Source of the DNA: an uncultured Candidatus Saccharibacteria bacterium
GTDB lineage: Bacteria; Patescibacteriota; Saccharimonadia; Saccharimonadales; CAYLGV01
Assembly: GCA_964394925.1 (NCBI GenBank)
Contig: CAYMZG010000001.1
Location: 3,656-67,655, forward strand
Reading direction: 5' to 3'
DNA length: 64,000 nt
The first letter of the stretch is position 1. Every line of letters begins with the position of its first letter. Made by a program: the position numbers and the translations under genes. The notes beneath the pieces were generated by a model. That model searched no databases, was not told the DNA's origin, and saw only the letters and a program-made list of their open reading frames with translations. Positions 11,695-21,537 of the stretch are shown piece by piece.

Positions 11695-12453
11695 CTACTT
11701 CTGCTGGGCGGCTCGTCGGCGAATAACCAACGCTGCCGCTAGCACAACGGTGGCTACGGTTGCATATGCTGCAGCCACGGTCAGCGGATTCTTGGTAGTG
11801 ACACCAAAGCCGGTTTTTGGTGCGCTTACTTGTGGCGTTACTGGAGCTGGCGTTACAACTGGTACAGCAACAACGTTTACAAATGCATCACTACTGTTGT
11901 TTGTTGGATCAGCGTCGACGTACGGCGGATCAATGCACTCGCTTGGCTCAAAGCTGTCGCCACATGGATCGTAGTCGGTGAACTCGGCAGTGTTCTTGAC
12001 CAAGCCAAGATTATTAGCGGTGCTGTGTATTACGAGTGTAGCTGGCAGATTTTCATAAATCTGAAAAGTCCAGTCACCATTATTGAAGCTGCCAACCGAA
12101 ACCTCCACCGTGCCGGCTGCTACATTGTTTGGGCTAATATCTTGAACTGTAACACCACCGAAAGGAGAAAGCCCTTCGCTACTCTTATCAGTTACGGTAA
12201 TTTTCCAAGTAATACTGTCACCAAGATGTGCCTGGACGGCCTCACCACTCGTAGGAGTATCCACATATGGTGCGCCATTAACGCTTACTTGTTTGGTAAT
12301 TGCCAGGTCACAACCCTGGGTAGAAAAACCATCGCCATTTGTACAATACAACCTAGTAACACTGGCGGCATGTGCTTTGGAGACCGCAACAAACGGCAAA
12401 ACAACCGCCACAGCCAAAGCCACTAAAGCAAACTTAATATTCCTCAACACCAT
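11695..12453 (-). CDS. cell-surface protein with C-terminal sortase sorting signal (APKTG variant)
   Basis: Signal peptide ...AVSKAHA/ASV. C-terminus is SAPKTG + FGVTTKNPLTVAAAYATVATVVLAAALVI + RRRAAQQK (motif, hydrophobic stretch, basic tail). Lies 9 nt upstream of the sortase gene. Confidence 0.7.
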   Translation of the reverse strand: MVLRNIKFALVALAVAVVLPFVAVSKAHAASVTRLYCTNGDGFSTQGCDLAITKQVSVNGAPYVDTPTSGEAVQAHLGDSITWKITVTDKSSEGLSPFGGVTVQDISPNNVAAGTVEVSVGSFNNGDWTFQIYENLPATLVIHSTANNLGLVKNTAEFTDYDPCGDSFEPSECIDPPYVDADPTNNSSDAFVNVVAVPVVTPAPVTPQVSAPKTGFGVTTKNPLTVAAAYATVATVVLAAALVIRRRAAQQK

Positions 12454-12550
12454 GGTACATCCTCTCTACCTTACGTTTGAGTGGACTTTACTACTTATAT
12501 GACTTAGTGTCAATTTTAGTTTATTGTGTTTATGTTTATAGGCGTGGGGG

Positions 12551-13423
12551 CTATTTCATTAGTTTAGGTAACTCGCGCTTTTTGCGCTCGATCTCGGCAC
12601 CTTCAGCATCATATTGTGACAGGGCGTTAAATAGAGGCATAACGATCTCTTCGGGTAAGGCTCTCAGCTGGCCCTGACTCGTGGGGACCATCACCGAAAC
12701 CGACGAACCCAGTACGTCATTCACGTGATTTGCTTCTTTATAGCGTCGTATTACAGCAAGAACTGCATCGCTCAGCGTAGTGGCAGTCACTGTTTCCTCG
12801 AAGGGCTGCACACCTTCGCGCTCCCATGATGTCAAAATTTGAATAGTGAATGACTCGGAAACCTCGGCCTGCACAACCGCTCCCCGTTCTTGTTGTAGCC
12901 TTGCGAGTCTCACCTGTTGCTCCACAATCAGCTCATCGAGCGTGCGCTCCAAGTGTTTTTGAATGTCAAAGCCATTGGCACGGTTAAGGGCTGCCTGCTC
13001 ATACTGTTTTTTCATGGCATCAAGAACCGCCCGAACGCGTGTACGCGCAACGTCAGTCTCGATTGGATGATGCAACCCATCGGTAATTATCGCTTCGGGC
13101 CTACGAGATAAAACGATCCACTCGCGCACTTCATTAGATTCTGCATCTCGTTTATAAATAACTTTATGAAAACGATCAGCCCGCGTGTAGCCTGCAAATA
13201 CCGTAACGGGCTCATCTTCTCCGTCAATTGCCACAGTAATCTCAGGCGTACGATGAAAGCCAACATCGTCGGTGATTGTCTCGAAGCGCTCGATAAGCGT
13301 ATCAATTCCTCGCACCATAACGGCTGGATCAATGAGTATAGCGCGCTCAATGGCATCAAGCTCCGCCTGTTGACTTGGCTCATTACTATTTATGGGCTCA
13401 ATTTGTGTCTCAAAATTTGACAT
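12551..13423 (-). CDS. hypothetical cytoplasmic protein
   Basis: 290-aa ORF, acidic, predicted helical. No family recognised. Confidence 0.5.
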   Translation of the reverse strand: MSNFETQIEPINSNEPSQQAELDAIERAILIDPAVMVRGIDTLIERFETITDDVGFHRTPEITVAIDGEDEPVTVFAGYTRADRFHKVIYKRDAESNEVREWIVLSRRPEAIITDGLHHPIETDVARTRVRAVLDAMKKQYEQAALNRANGFDIQKHLERTLDELIVEQQVRLARLQQERGAVVQAEVSESFTIQILTSWEREGVQPFEETVTATTLSDAVLAVIRRYKEANHVNDVLGSSVSVMVPTSQGQLRALPEEIVMPLFNALSQYDAEGAEIERKKRELPKLMK

Positions 13424-13534
13424 CTATAATATAAAACTCCTGGCTTGCAAGTTTAATACTCCTTGGGCAAAACAACAAGCATGAGCGACTTGGTGCACGC
13501 AAACAGTCACGCGTCAATTCTTCAGTTCAAACGG

Positions 13535-14224
13535 CTACTCTGCTGAGACGGTGAACGTGCCAAACGTATCTGGATGATCATGGTCATGAAATTCAAATGT
13601 ACCAGCTTCGGTAAGGGTAATGGTGTAGTTTTTCTTTTTTGTGGTGAGGGGGAACTCGCTGACACCAGCATACGGGGTATGCGCCGGATGCACCCCAAAA
13701 GCCATCTCTCGCTCCACGCTATCTTGGTTTATGAATGTAAGACTGTCGCACTGCTTTGCTTCGGTGTGTATGGCGTTAACCTTGCCGTTGGTTATATACA
13801 CGATGTGATTCTTGCCAATTTCGTCGCATGCGCCCGTCTTAGTTCCACCAACTTCGGCAATGCCCTCGTCGGTAACCAATTTCTTAGTGGCGTCTTGAGG
13901 TTTCATATTGTAATGAAGGTTGTTCATGATCATGACTGAGCCACCAACCACTACACCAACAATGAATAGTGTGGCAATAAAGAAATACAAATTCCACCGC
14001 GGCTTTGGCCCACGGCCAAGGTGCAAAAAGAACACGACTTGTATAACAACCTGCACAAATGCAAAGGCAAGAATGGCTTTTAGAAGCAGTGATGATACGC
14101 CGATAGTTTTGTGCGTTACCAGATAGTACGGGATAATCGTACAGATCAATGACAGTATAAAACCGGCAATGTAAGACCCCAGTGTGCCCTTTTCTTGGTG
14201 CTCAGATGATGTATGTTCGCTCAT
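13535..14224 (-). CDS. cyoD: cytochrome o (bo3) ubiquinol oxidase subunit IV fused to a ~115-aa C-terminal cupredoxin-like domain
   Basis: The first ~110 aa align with CyoD/QoxD (GSYIAGFILSLICTIIPYYLV...VQVVFFLHLG...MIMNNLHYNM). The remainder (KNHIVYITNGK...DSLTFINQD...AGTFEFHDHDHPDTFGTFTV) resembles Cupredoxin_1. Confidence 0.8.
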   Translation of the reverse strand: MSEHTSSEHQEKGTLGSYIAGFILSLICTIIPYYLVTHKTIGVSSLLLKAILAFAFVQVVIQVVFFLHLGRGPKPRWNLYFFIATLFIVGVVVGGSVMIMNNLHYNMKPQDATKKLVTDEGIAEVGGTKTGACDEIGKNHIVYITNGKVNAIHTEAKQCDSLTFINQDSVEREMAFGVHPAHTPYAGVSEFPLTTKKKNYTITLTEAGTFEFHDHDHPDTFGTFTVSAE

Positions 14225-14835
14225 ACGAAAGCCCCCAGGTACACAATAGTAAAGATAAAAATCCAGACGATATCAAGAAAGTGCCAAAACAGACTGAGCA
14301 TACTTAACTTGCGTGTCATATTCGCTGTCAGACCTCGCTTAATGGTATACCCAAGTGTTACGGCCATCCAGAGCAAGCCAGAAATAATATGCAAACCATG
14401 CGTGCCCACCAACACAAAGAACGATGACATAAAGGCGTTACTACGTAAGGTATGGCCCTCATGAATGAGCGCCGAAAACTCGCGTAGTTCAAGGGTTAAG
14501 AATGCGAGACCGAGTATGAACGTCACCATGAACCAGCCGATGGCTTGGGCCTTGTTGCCCTTTCGCACCGCAATCATGGCAATACCGCAAGTAAAACTAC
14601 TCGTGAGTAGAATGATGGTTTCTGTTAACGCCAGTGGCAGGCTAAACAACTCGCGGCCCGACTCACCGCCCACTGTGTTATTGTGCAGTACCGCATAAAC
14701 CGCAAATAGAATGGCAAACATTAAGAGGTCAGTCATAAGATAGACCCAAAAACCAAACATCGCTCGATCGTTTGCTTCGGCTTCGTGATGGCTGAGCTTA
14801 GGCGTTGCTGCCATGCTTGGAGCCCTTCTTGCCAA
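14221..14835 (-). CDS. cyoC: cytochrome o ubiquinol oxidase subunit III
   Basis: 204 aa, 5 TM, heme-copper oxidase subunit III-like (FGFWVYLMTDLLMFA...HGLHIISGLLWM...FWHFLDIVWIFIFT). ATGA overlap with cyoD. Confidence 0.85.
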   Translation of the reverse strand: MARRAPSMAATPKLSHHEAEANDRAMFGFWVYLMTDLLMFAILFAVYAVLHNNTVGGESGRELFSLPLALTETIILLTSSFTCGIAMIAVRKGNKAQAIGWFMVTFILGLAFLTLELREFSALIHEGHTLRSNAFMSSFFVLVGTHGLHIISGLLWMAVTLGYTIKRGLTANMTRKLSMLSLFWHFLDIVWIFIFTIVYLGAFV

Positions 14836-16909
14836 GACTGAATACCCAGTCCAGACACACTTTGATTAGTTCGCGGAGCCCCATGTCTGAATCGGTGTCA
14901 TAAAACGCGTGGCCATTCGTGGCTGGAGCTGGCTTGGCTGGCGTTGGTACATTATGCTCTTTCTCATAGGCCTCAACCTCAGCAGCCGAAAGGGTGTATT
15001 CTGAATCTTCGCGGAAGCCACGGACGATAAAGGTAATAATGATCGCGACGATCGAAACAACCACCAACCAAGTGATTTCCCATACAAAACCAAAGCCGAG
15101 CATAAAGGCGAAAATTGATAGGTAAATGCCAACGGCTGTGCGTTTGGGCATGTGTATATCCTCGTATTTTGGTGGCTTGTCGCCTTCGGCCTTGATGTCG
15201 AGGAACGCATCACGCGAACGGACCTTAGGAATAGCACGGAAGTTATAAAACGGTGGTGGTGAAGTAGTAGACCATTCTAGCGTTCTGCCCTGCCATGGAT
15301 CGCCCGTGCGATCACGTAAACGCTTGCGATCAATGATGCTGGCGAGGATCTGCGCAAGCTGTAAAACTACACCGAGCATGATAACCAGCCCACCAATAAG
15401 CATGAGTATAAAGAATGGTTGCCAGCCCGTCGAGGCCTCATAGTGATCCATGCGGCGAGTAGCCCCCATGATACCGAGAATATACATTGGTACGAATGAC
15501 AAACAAAAGCCCACAATCCAGCACCAAAACGCGTAACGACCAATGCGTTCGTTCAGCCTAAAGCCGGTGAACTTAGGGAACCAATACGCTATGCCGGCGA
15601 AAATACCGAATAGCACACCACCGATGACCGTGGAGTGGAAGTGCGCTACCAAGAACAGACTATTATGTAGCTGGAAGTCGACCGGCGGGATCGCCAGCAA
15701 GATTCCCGACAAGCCACCAATTGCGAAGATCGCCACAAAGCCCATGAACCACAACATAGGTGTATCGAAGCGGATCTTACCCTTATACATAGTCGCAAAC
15801 CAGTTCAGTACTAATGCTGAGGTTGGAATAGCAATAAACATGGTCATGAGGCCAAAGAAGGCATTTACGTCGGCACTGGCGCCCATAGTAAAGAAGTGGT
15901 GTAACCACACCGAAAGCGCCAACACCGACACGCCTATCAAGCCAAGCACGTTCGACTTATAGCTGGCAATTGACTTACGACTAAAGGTAGCCACAATTTC
16001 CGAGAACACACCAAAACAAGGCAGCACCAGAATATAAACTTCGGGGTGGCCCCACATCCAAATAAGATTGGTATACATCATCGGGTCACCGCCCCCAAGC
16101 ACGGTGAAGAAGTGCGTGCCGAGGTAGCGATCAAAGAACATCAAGAACAGTGTGGCGGTAAGCAGTGGGAAGACTGTTACGGCCATCATCATGCTGCACA
16201 GTGAGCCCCAGGTAAACAGCGGCATGCGCATGAGGCTCATACCAGGAGCGCGCATTTTAAGAATTGTCATAATAAAGTTAATCGCACCAAGCGTGGTACC
16301 AATACCCGAAATCTGCAGACTCCAAATAAGGTAATCCACTCCCACTCCCGGACTAAAGGCCTTGCCAGAGAGTGGCGCTACCGCCAACCAGCCCGTGGCA
16401 GCATACTGACCACCCAAGAAAAAGAACATGTTAACCATGACCACTCCGGCAATAAATAGCCAGAAACCAAGTGTGTTCATAAGTGGTGAAGCCAGATCGC
16501 GGGCACCAATCTGGAGCGGCACGATATAATTAATCAATCCGAACACAAAAGCCATCGCCACAAAGAAGACCATGATGTTACCGTGTGCCGTAAATATCTG
16601 CTGGAAGTGATCAGACGACAGATAACCGTGCGAACTACCAGAGGCCAGTGCCTGCTGCAGCCAAATCATAATGGCGTCGAGTCCACCGCGCAGCAACATG
16701 GCGCCACCAGCGATGAAATACATAATACCGATCTTTTTAGGGTCAACGGTGGTAAGCCACTCTTTCCAAAGCCACTTCCAACGTTTCTTGTAGGTAATCA
16801 GCGCTACAAAGAACAGTGCAATACCTATGAAAGCTACAGAACCACCAATGGTGAACCACTCATGTGGCAATGCTTCAGCATTTAATTTACCAAGGAGTAG
16901 CTGTCTCAT
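14798..16909 (-). CDS. cyoB: cytochrome o ubiquinol oxidase subunit I
   Basis: 703 aa. WMWGHPEVYILVLPCFG (CuB His / cross-linked Tyr) and WLHHFFTMG (His-His) signatures of heme-copper oxidase subunit I. Confidence 0.95.
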   Translation of the reverse strand: MRQLLLGKLNAEALPHEWFTIGGSVAFIGIALFFVALITYKKRWKWLWKEWLTTVDPKKIGIMYFIAGGAMLLRGGLDAIMIWLQQALASGSSHGYLSSDHFQQIFTAHGNIMVFFVAMAFVFGLINYIVPLQIGARDLASPLMNTLGFWLFIAGVVMVNMFFFLGGQYAATGWLAVAPLSGKAFSPGVGVDYLIWSLQISGIGTTLGAINFIMTILKMRAPGMSLMRMPLFTWGSLCSMMMAVTVFPLLTATLFLMFFDRYLGTHFFTVLGGGDPMMYTNLIWMWGHPEVYILVLPCFGVFSEIVATFSRKSIASYKSNVLGLIGVSVLALSVWLHHFFTMGASADVNAFFGLMTMFIAIPTSALVLNWFATMYKGKIRFDTPMLWFMGFVAIFAIGGLSGILLAIPPVDFQLHNSLFLVAHFHSTVIGGVLFGIFAGIAYWFPKFTGFRLNERIGRYAFWCWIVGFCLSFVPMYILGIMGATRRMDHYEASTGWQPFFILMLIGGLVIMLGVVLQLAQILASIIDRKRLRDRTGDPWQGRTLEWSTTSPPPFYNFRAIPKVRSRDAFLDIKAEGDKPPKYEDIHMPKRTAVGIYLSIFAFMLGFGFVWEITWLVVVSIVAIIITFIVRGFREDSEYTLSAAEVEAYEKEHNVPTPAKPAPATNGHAFYDTDSDMGLRELIKVCLDWVFSLGKKGSKHGSNA

Positions 16910-17811
16910 TCGTGTGTATGCCCACCATTATATTTATGAACAATCGTATCATACAGATTCGGGTCGGTCAGTGAATAAAAAGCGGGTGGATTGTTCTCGC
17001 TTGGCTTGAGTAATTCTTCATAGGTTGCAGCGTCAAGTTTATTGGGCGAATTTTGCACCGTACGAACCCATTGATCAAATGTCTGTTTGGTGGTTGCATG
17101 AGCAACAAATTGCATGCCCGAGAACCCCGCCCCGTTAATCTCGGCGGACTTACCGGGATAGTCTCCGAGCTTATCGGCCTGCAAGTTTAATCGATTAACA
17201 TGACCGGTCATGGCATACAGTTGGCCACCAAAGTTCGGCATCCAAAATGAGCTCATCGGTGTCTCGTCGGCGGTTAGATCAAATTCAATTGGTGTGTTAA
17301 TTGGCATTTGTACGTAATTTACGGTGGCAATCTTTTGTTCTGGATAAATAAATAGCCATTTCCACCGCAAAGCTACCACCTGCACCGTAATTGGCGGTTT
17401 ATCACTTGCCAGGGCCTTCCTTGGTTCTAAAGTGTGTGTAGCCGGCACCATCATAAATGCCAGAAGCAGAATGAACGAGGTTGGCACCAACCAAAAACAC
17501 GCGGTAACAAATTTGCCATGATGAGTTTCAGGCTCATGTACTGGTTTCTTATTGGTATCGCGATATTTCCAGGCCGTGAAATAAATAAGGCAGATCGTTG
17601 GTACCGCCAGTATCAACATGACTAAAATCGAATAGAATAACAGGTTATGCTGCTGCTGTGCAATCGCGCCTTTGGGGTTGATGATTGCCAGGTTTTTGCC
17701 ACGTAACATGACGGCGATGAGCACAGCGTACGCCAATGGTAAAACAATAAACGGCCAACGCCTGCGACGTGACTTGACCTTTGAGCTGGCAGTATGTTTT
17801 GTCTTAGACAT
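16906..17811 (-). CDS. cyoA: cytochrome o ubiquinol oxidase subunit II (quinol-type, no CuA Cys motif seen)
   Basis: 301 aa. SAEINGAGFSGMQFVAHATTKQTFDQWV closely parallels the E. coli CyoA GPGFSGMKFKAIA region. ATGA overlap with cyoB. Confidence 0.9.
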   Translation of the reverse strand: MSKTKHTASSKVKSRRRRWPFIVLPLAYAVLIAVMLRGKNLAIINPKGAIAQQQHNLLFYSILVMLILAVPTICLIYFTAWKYRDTNKKPVHEPETHHGKFVTACFWLVPTSFILLLAFMMVPATHTLEPRKALASDKPPITVQVVALRWKWLFIYPEQKIATVNYVQMPINTPIEFDLTADETPMSSFWMPNFGGQLYAMTGHVNRLNLQADKLGDYPGKSAEINGAGFSGMQFVAHATTKQTFDQWVRTVQNSPNKLDAATYEELLKPSENNPPAFYSLTDPNLYDTIVHKYNGGHTHE

Positions 17812-17828
17812 TAATAACCCGACCCCAC

Positions 17829-17872
17829 CATAACCATCTTCATGGCTAAACTATAGCACGAAGATGGTTATG
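17829..17872 (-). promoter_or_regulatory. perfect 13-bp inverted repeat (CATAACCATCTTC / GAAGATGGTTATG, 18-nt spacer) 17 nt upstream of cyoA
   Basis: Arms at 17829-17841 and 17860-17872. The spacer read on the minus strand contains TATAGT. Either an RNA stem-loop or a dyad operator. Confidence 0.4.
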
Positions 17873-17926
17873 CTTACTATGTCAATCTGCGGACAAAATA
17901 CAGGCAAGTCCGCGTTACCTGGTCAA

Positions 17927-18496
17927 CTATTTGCTCGTTGTTGGTTTTTTGGCTGGCGTTTTTGGCTTTGCAGCAGCTTTGCCCAAAAATGCACTACGAA
18001 TCTGGAACAAGAAGTACAAGCCAATGGCGGTGCTAATAGCATAGCCAATAAAGCCGCTAATTCCAGAGTATGAGCCGACATTAATAAACAGTGCCAAGAA
18101 GCCGTACACGATATTTACAAGCAATGCGAGAAACAGTAGATCCCAACCGGCCTTCTTCTTTTGACGCACGCCAGGAAAAGCGGCAACCCATAGTACGCCC
18201 TCGATTGCCAAGACGATAACGCCGAGCCAAACCATAGCACCAACATGTGTAGCTTCGACAGAAACCTTCCCACCATACGCCTGTGAGACATCATTTGCCC
18301 AGCCGACCCACTTATCAACAACATGAGCGGCCTGGTACAACCAGTAGGCCGACAACAACGTGAGGATACCAAATATGAGATTTATCCACGGCAAGATGTC
18401 GACAATGACTTTCTTGGCATTCTCAGGCAACTGATACGGTGCCTTCTTTACAAAAACTTCGTTTAGTTTGTCTTCTAGTTGTTCTCGTGCCCCCAT
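17927..18496 (-). CDS. hypothetical membrane protein (4-5 TM) with Lys/Pro-rich C-terminal tail
   Basis: 189-aa ORF with hydrophobic helices, ending AAAKPKTPAKKPTTSK. Confidence 0.5.
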   Translation of the reverse strand: MGAREQLEDKLNEVFVKKAPYQLPENAKKVIVDILPWINLIFGILTLLSAYWLYQAAHVVDKWVGWANDVSQAYGGKVSVEATHVGAMVWLGVIVLAIEGVLWVAAFPGVRQKKKAGWDLLFLALLVNIVYGFLALFINVGSYSGISGFIGYAISTAIGLYFLFQIRSAFLGKAAAKPKTPAKKPTTSK

Positions 18497-18583
18497 GGCA
18501 ATTCTCCCATTGATTATATGCCTTTAGCATAACGCTTAAACCACGCTTTGAGCAAGCTTATGGTTGTTATCTTTGGTAATTTA

Positions 18584-19126
18584 CTACTTTGAGCAGGTAA
18601 TGGCGTCGGCCTCAGCGGCAGGCACCACATACATAATGAGCCGAATCGGAACTTCTTGAGCCTGCGCAGCGGTTCCGCCCTTGAGCTCACCAATGCTCGT
18701 GGTGAAATGATCCACCTGGTAATTTTTTGTAAGTGGGATAATCGTTTCGGACAAGCGATTTGGATTTATGAATATATCGCCAGCCTTGTAATTGTATTCC
18801 ACAGCGATAACCTTGCTGTTTTTGACATTATAGATGGGGCCGTTCGGGATATCTTTTGGTAGCACATACTGCTTGCCAAGCCCTGGCACACAATCTGTTA
18901 CTACAATGGCTTGTGGCGGGAGTGTAATGGGCGGCGGTGATGGTGGCCGAATAACTACCCGTTCACCGTGTTTACCATAGAAATATGCTCCCACGATAGC
19001 ACCAATGATTAAGGCAATTATTGCAGCGCATTCTAGTAGTTTTAAAATCTTATGATTACGTTTCTTGGGCGGCGCAACAGCAGTTGGCTTTATTGCTTCG
19101 GGCGGTGTTGGTGTAGTCGGCGGCAT
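18584..19126 (-). CDS. hypothetical N-terminally anchored exported protein
   Basis: The track ORF runs to 19231. The internal ATG at 19126 gives MPPTTPTPPEAIKP..., a TM (LLECAAIIALIIGAIVGAYFY), a Pro-rich linker and a C-terminal domain. Confidence 0.45.
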   Translation of the reverse strand: MPPTTPTPPEAIKPTAVAPPKKRNHKILKLLECAAIIALIIGAIVGAYFYGKHGERVVIRPPSPPPITLPPQAIVVTDCVPGLGKQYVLPKDIPNGPIYNVKNSKVIAVEYNYKAGDIFINPNRLSETIIPLTKNYQVDHFTTSIGELKGGTAAQAQEVPIRLIMYVVPAAEADAITCSK

Positions 19127-19260
19127 GGTCAGTCTGCCTTTGTTAACGACATAATTAGCCTTTGGCGTGGATAAGAGTTGTTTTCTGAGGTCATTAGCAT
19201 TAGCATAATAAGTAACACATACCCAAGTCAAGAAAGTGTCGTTGGTCAGTTTTGAAGAGA

Positions 19261-21537
19261 ATGAAAATTCCTAAGTTAAAAATATCGTCAAAAGCATTGC
19301 TTTTCTTCTTGGTCGTTTCACTATTCCCACTTGTAATCGTTAGTTATGTCCAAGTTAGTTCGGCCCACAACCAGTTAACTGACGCAGCGAGTGCCAAGCA
19401 GCAAACTATTGCGGCGAGCCTTTCCGATAAAGTGGATAATTACTTAACGAGTAAAATTAATCAGTTGCAATTGCTGGCACAGATTTCGTCTGATACCAAC
19501 AACCAGGCGGTCACGGGTCAGGATGTGGCTGCTCTTCTTAAGCAAGACTCTGCAATCACTAGTGTTTACGTTTTGAGCAGTAATGGCCTGGTGCAAAATG
19601 CCTACAACCGTCAGGGGCAAATAGCAAATGTTGAGGAGCCCGATCAATCAGGTAGCGACGCCTATAAAGCAGCCTATTTCCTGCTAGGCAAGCCCTACAT
19701 CAGTACCGTGAGCTACGACAGCAAAAACGTTCCGTTCATTACGATAGCTGTTCCATTCGGCACAAACTCGACTGGCACCAAAAAGACCAATAGCAAAACG
19801 GAGCGCTTCGGTCAGCCTAGTGATATTAAGGGAGTAATTGTTGCGAATTATGAAATTGACGACCTGTGGCAGTCGGTGCTTTCCACGCGCATTGGCAATG
19901 GTGGCTATGCTTACGTGGTAGATGAACTGGGTAACCTGGTAGCTCATCCAGATCGTCAATACTTTGCCGCCCACCCAAAACTGTCAAACGTAAAGGCGGT
20001 GAGTAACTATCGGAATGGTATTTTGGCGACTTCACCAACACGATCAGAGAGTGGAGTGGATGTTATCAGCACGCCACGCCCGCTCAATAGAGTTGGCTGG
20101 GCTGTAATTGTTGAAGAGCCTGTGGCAAGCATTTATGCCAATGTAAACTCCTATATCCGCTTGTCGACAACCATTGGCCTGGCCGTGATTGCCTTTGCTA
20201 TCTTGATTGCTATCTACTTTAGCCGGCAATTAACGGAGCCCATTAAGAAGCTGTCTTTGAGTGCACGTAAACTCGGCTCGGGCGAACTCGACCAAGTAGT
20301 CGACATAAAAACAAACGACGAGCTCGAAGACCTCGCCAACACATTTAATAGCATGAGCCGCAATATCCAACACCTGGTCAGTGACATGCGCAATAAAAAT
20401 CAAAGCCTGACTACCGAACGAACCAAGTTGAGTCGTATCATCGATAGTGTTAATGACGGCATTATGGCTCTCAACGCCCAGGGTGAGATTGTTTCTATTA
20501 ATCCTCCAGCAGCTACGCTTATTGGCCACAAACCCGCCGAGCTGCTTGGCAAGACCATCTCTGACCTGTTCCATTGGGAGCAAGAGAATAAAACGTTTAC
20601 GCCTGATATTGCTACTGAAGGCCTGCGTACCTATGCCGACCTCACGTTAACGTCAGGTAAAAATGTGGCCTACATAGATTTGATGGTGTACGTTTTAGAA
20701 CAGCGCGATAGTGATGTCGCTACCATCATTACCATTCATGACCTGACACAAAGTCGAGAACTTAACTTTATGAAGCTGGATTTTGTGGCTATTGCAGCAC
20801 ACGAGTTACGCACCCCACTCACCGTAGTGCGCGGCTACCTTGATATGTTGAGCACCGAAGCCGTCAAGCAAATGTCGATCTTTAACATTGAAAGCTTGCA
20901 AAAAGCCATTGTCGGTACCGACCAACTCCGAAACCTTATCAATAAGCTACTAAACATTGCCCGTATCGAACGTGGTGAAATGGAAATCTTTATTGAAAAA
21001 ATGAATCTGGTGAATATGGTGACCGAGAACGTTCACCAGCACCAAACACCGGCCGCACAACGCCTGCAAAAGCTCACGTGCAACATCGAAACAGACCGAC
21101 CAGTGTACGTTCCGGCTGATCCCTCATCAATCCTGGAAGTACTAAATAATCTCATTGGAAATGCTATCAAATACACCCCTGAAAAAGGTGAGATCAAGGT
21201 TCGTTTGAGCGTCGACGACGACGTGGTGCGGGTAGAAGTATCCGACAACGGGCCTGGCATACCAGAAGATTTACGCAAGCGCTTGTTCACAAAATTTTAT
21301 CGTGCCGAACGAAGTCTTATCGCCGGTACGCGTGGCACTGGGCTGGGTTTGTTTATTTCCAAGACAATTATCGAACTCCAGGGAGGTAAAATTGGCCTTG
21401 AACCAGATGAAGGTAAAGGCTCGACGTTCTACTTTACGCTCCCTGTCTACAAGGCCGAAAAGCATGATGCGTTAATTGCTAAAGATAAACAATTAGGAGG
21501 TGTCCGTGGCTGGTTTAAAAAACGTCCTCATAGTTGA
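19261..21537 (+). CDS. sensor histidine kinase (TM - Cache-like - TM - HAMP - PAS - HisKA - HATPase_c)
   Basis: GGYAYVVDELGNLVAHPD (Cache), HAMP (DELEDLANTFNSM), PAS (IIDSVNDGIMALNAQGEIVSINP), H-box FVAIAAHELRTPLT, G-box GTGLGLFISK. The track start is TTG 19252; the first ATG is 19261. Confidence 0.9.
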   Translation: MKIPKLKISSKALLFFLVVSLFPLVIVSYVQVSSAHNQLTDAASAKQQTIAASLSDKVDNYLTSKINQLQLLAQISSDTNNQAVTGQDVAALLKQDSAITSVYVLSSNGLVQNAYNRQGQIANVEEPDQSGSDAYKAAYFLLGKPYISTVSYDSKNVPFITIAVPFGTNSTGTKKTNSKTERFGQPSDIKGVIVANYEIDDLWQSVLSTRIGNGGYAYVVDELGNLVAHPDRQYFAAHPKLSNVKAVSNYRNGILATSPTRSESGVDVISTPRPLNRVGWAVIVEEPVASIYANVNSYIRLSTTIGLAVIAFAILIAIYFSRQLTEPIKKLSLSARKLGSGELDQVVDIKTNDELEDLANTFNSMSRNIQHLVSDMRNKNQSLTTERTKLSRIIDSVNDGIMALNAQGEIVSINPPAATLIGHKPAELLGKTISDLFHWEQENKTFTPDIATEGLRTYADLTLTSGKNVAYIDLMVYVLEQRDSDVATIITIHDLTQSRELNFMKLDFVAIAAHELRTPLTVVRGYLDMLSTEAVKQMSIFNIESLQKAIVGTDQLRNLINKLLNIARIERGEMEIFIEKMNLVNMVTENVHQHQTPAAQRLQKLTCNIETDRPVYVPADPSSILEVLNNLIGNAIKYTPEKGEIKVRLSVDDDVVRVEVSDNGPGIPEDLRKRLFTKFYRAERSLIAGTRGTGLGLFISKTIIELQGGKIGLEPDEGKGSTFYFTLPVYKAEKHDALIAKDKQLGGVRGWFKKRPHS

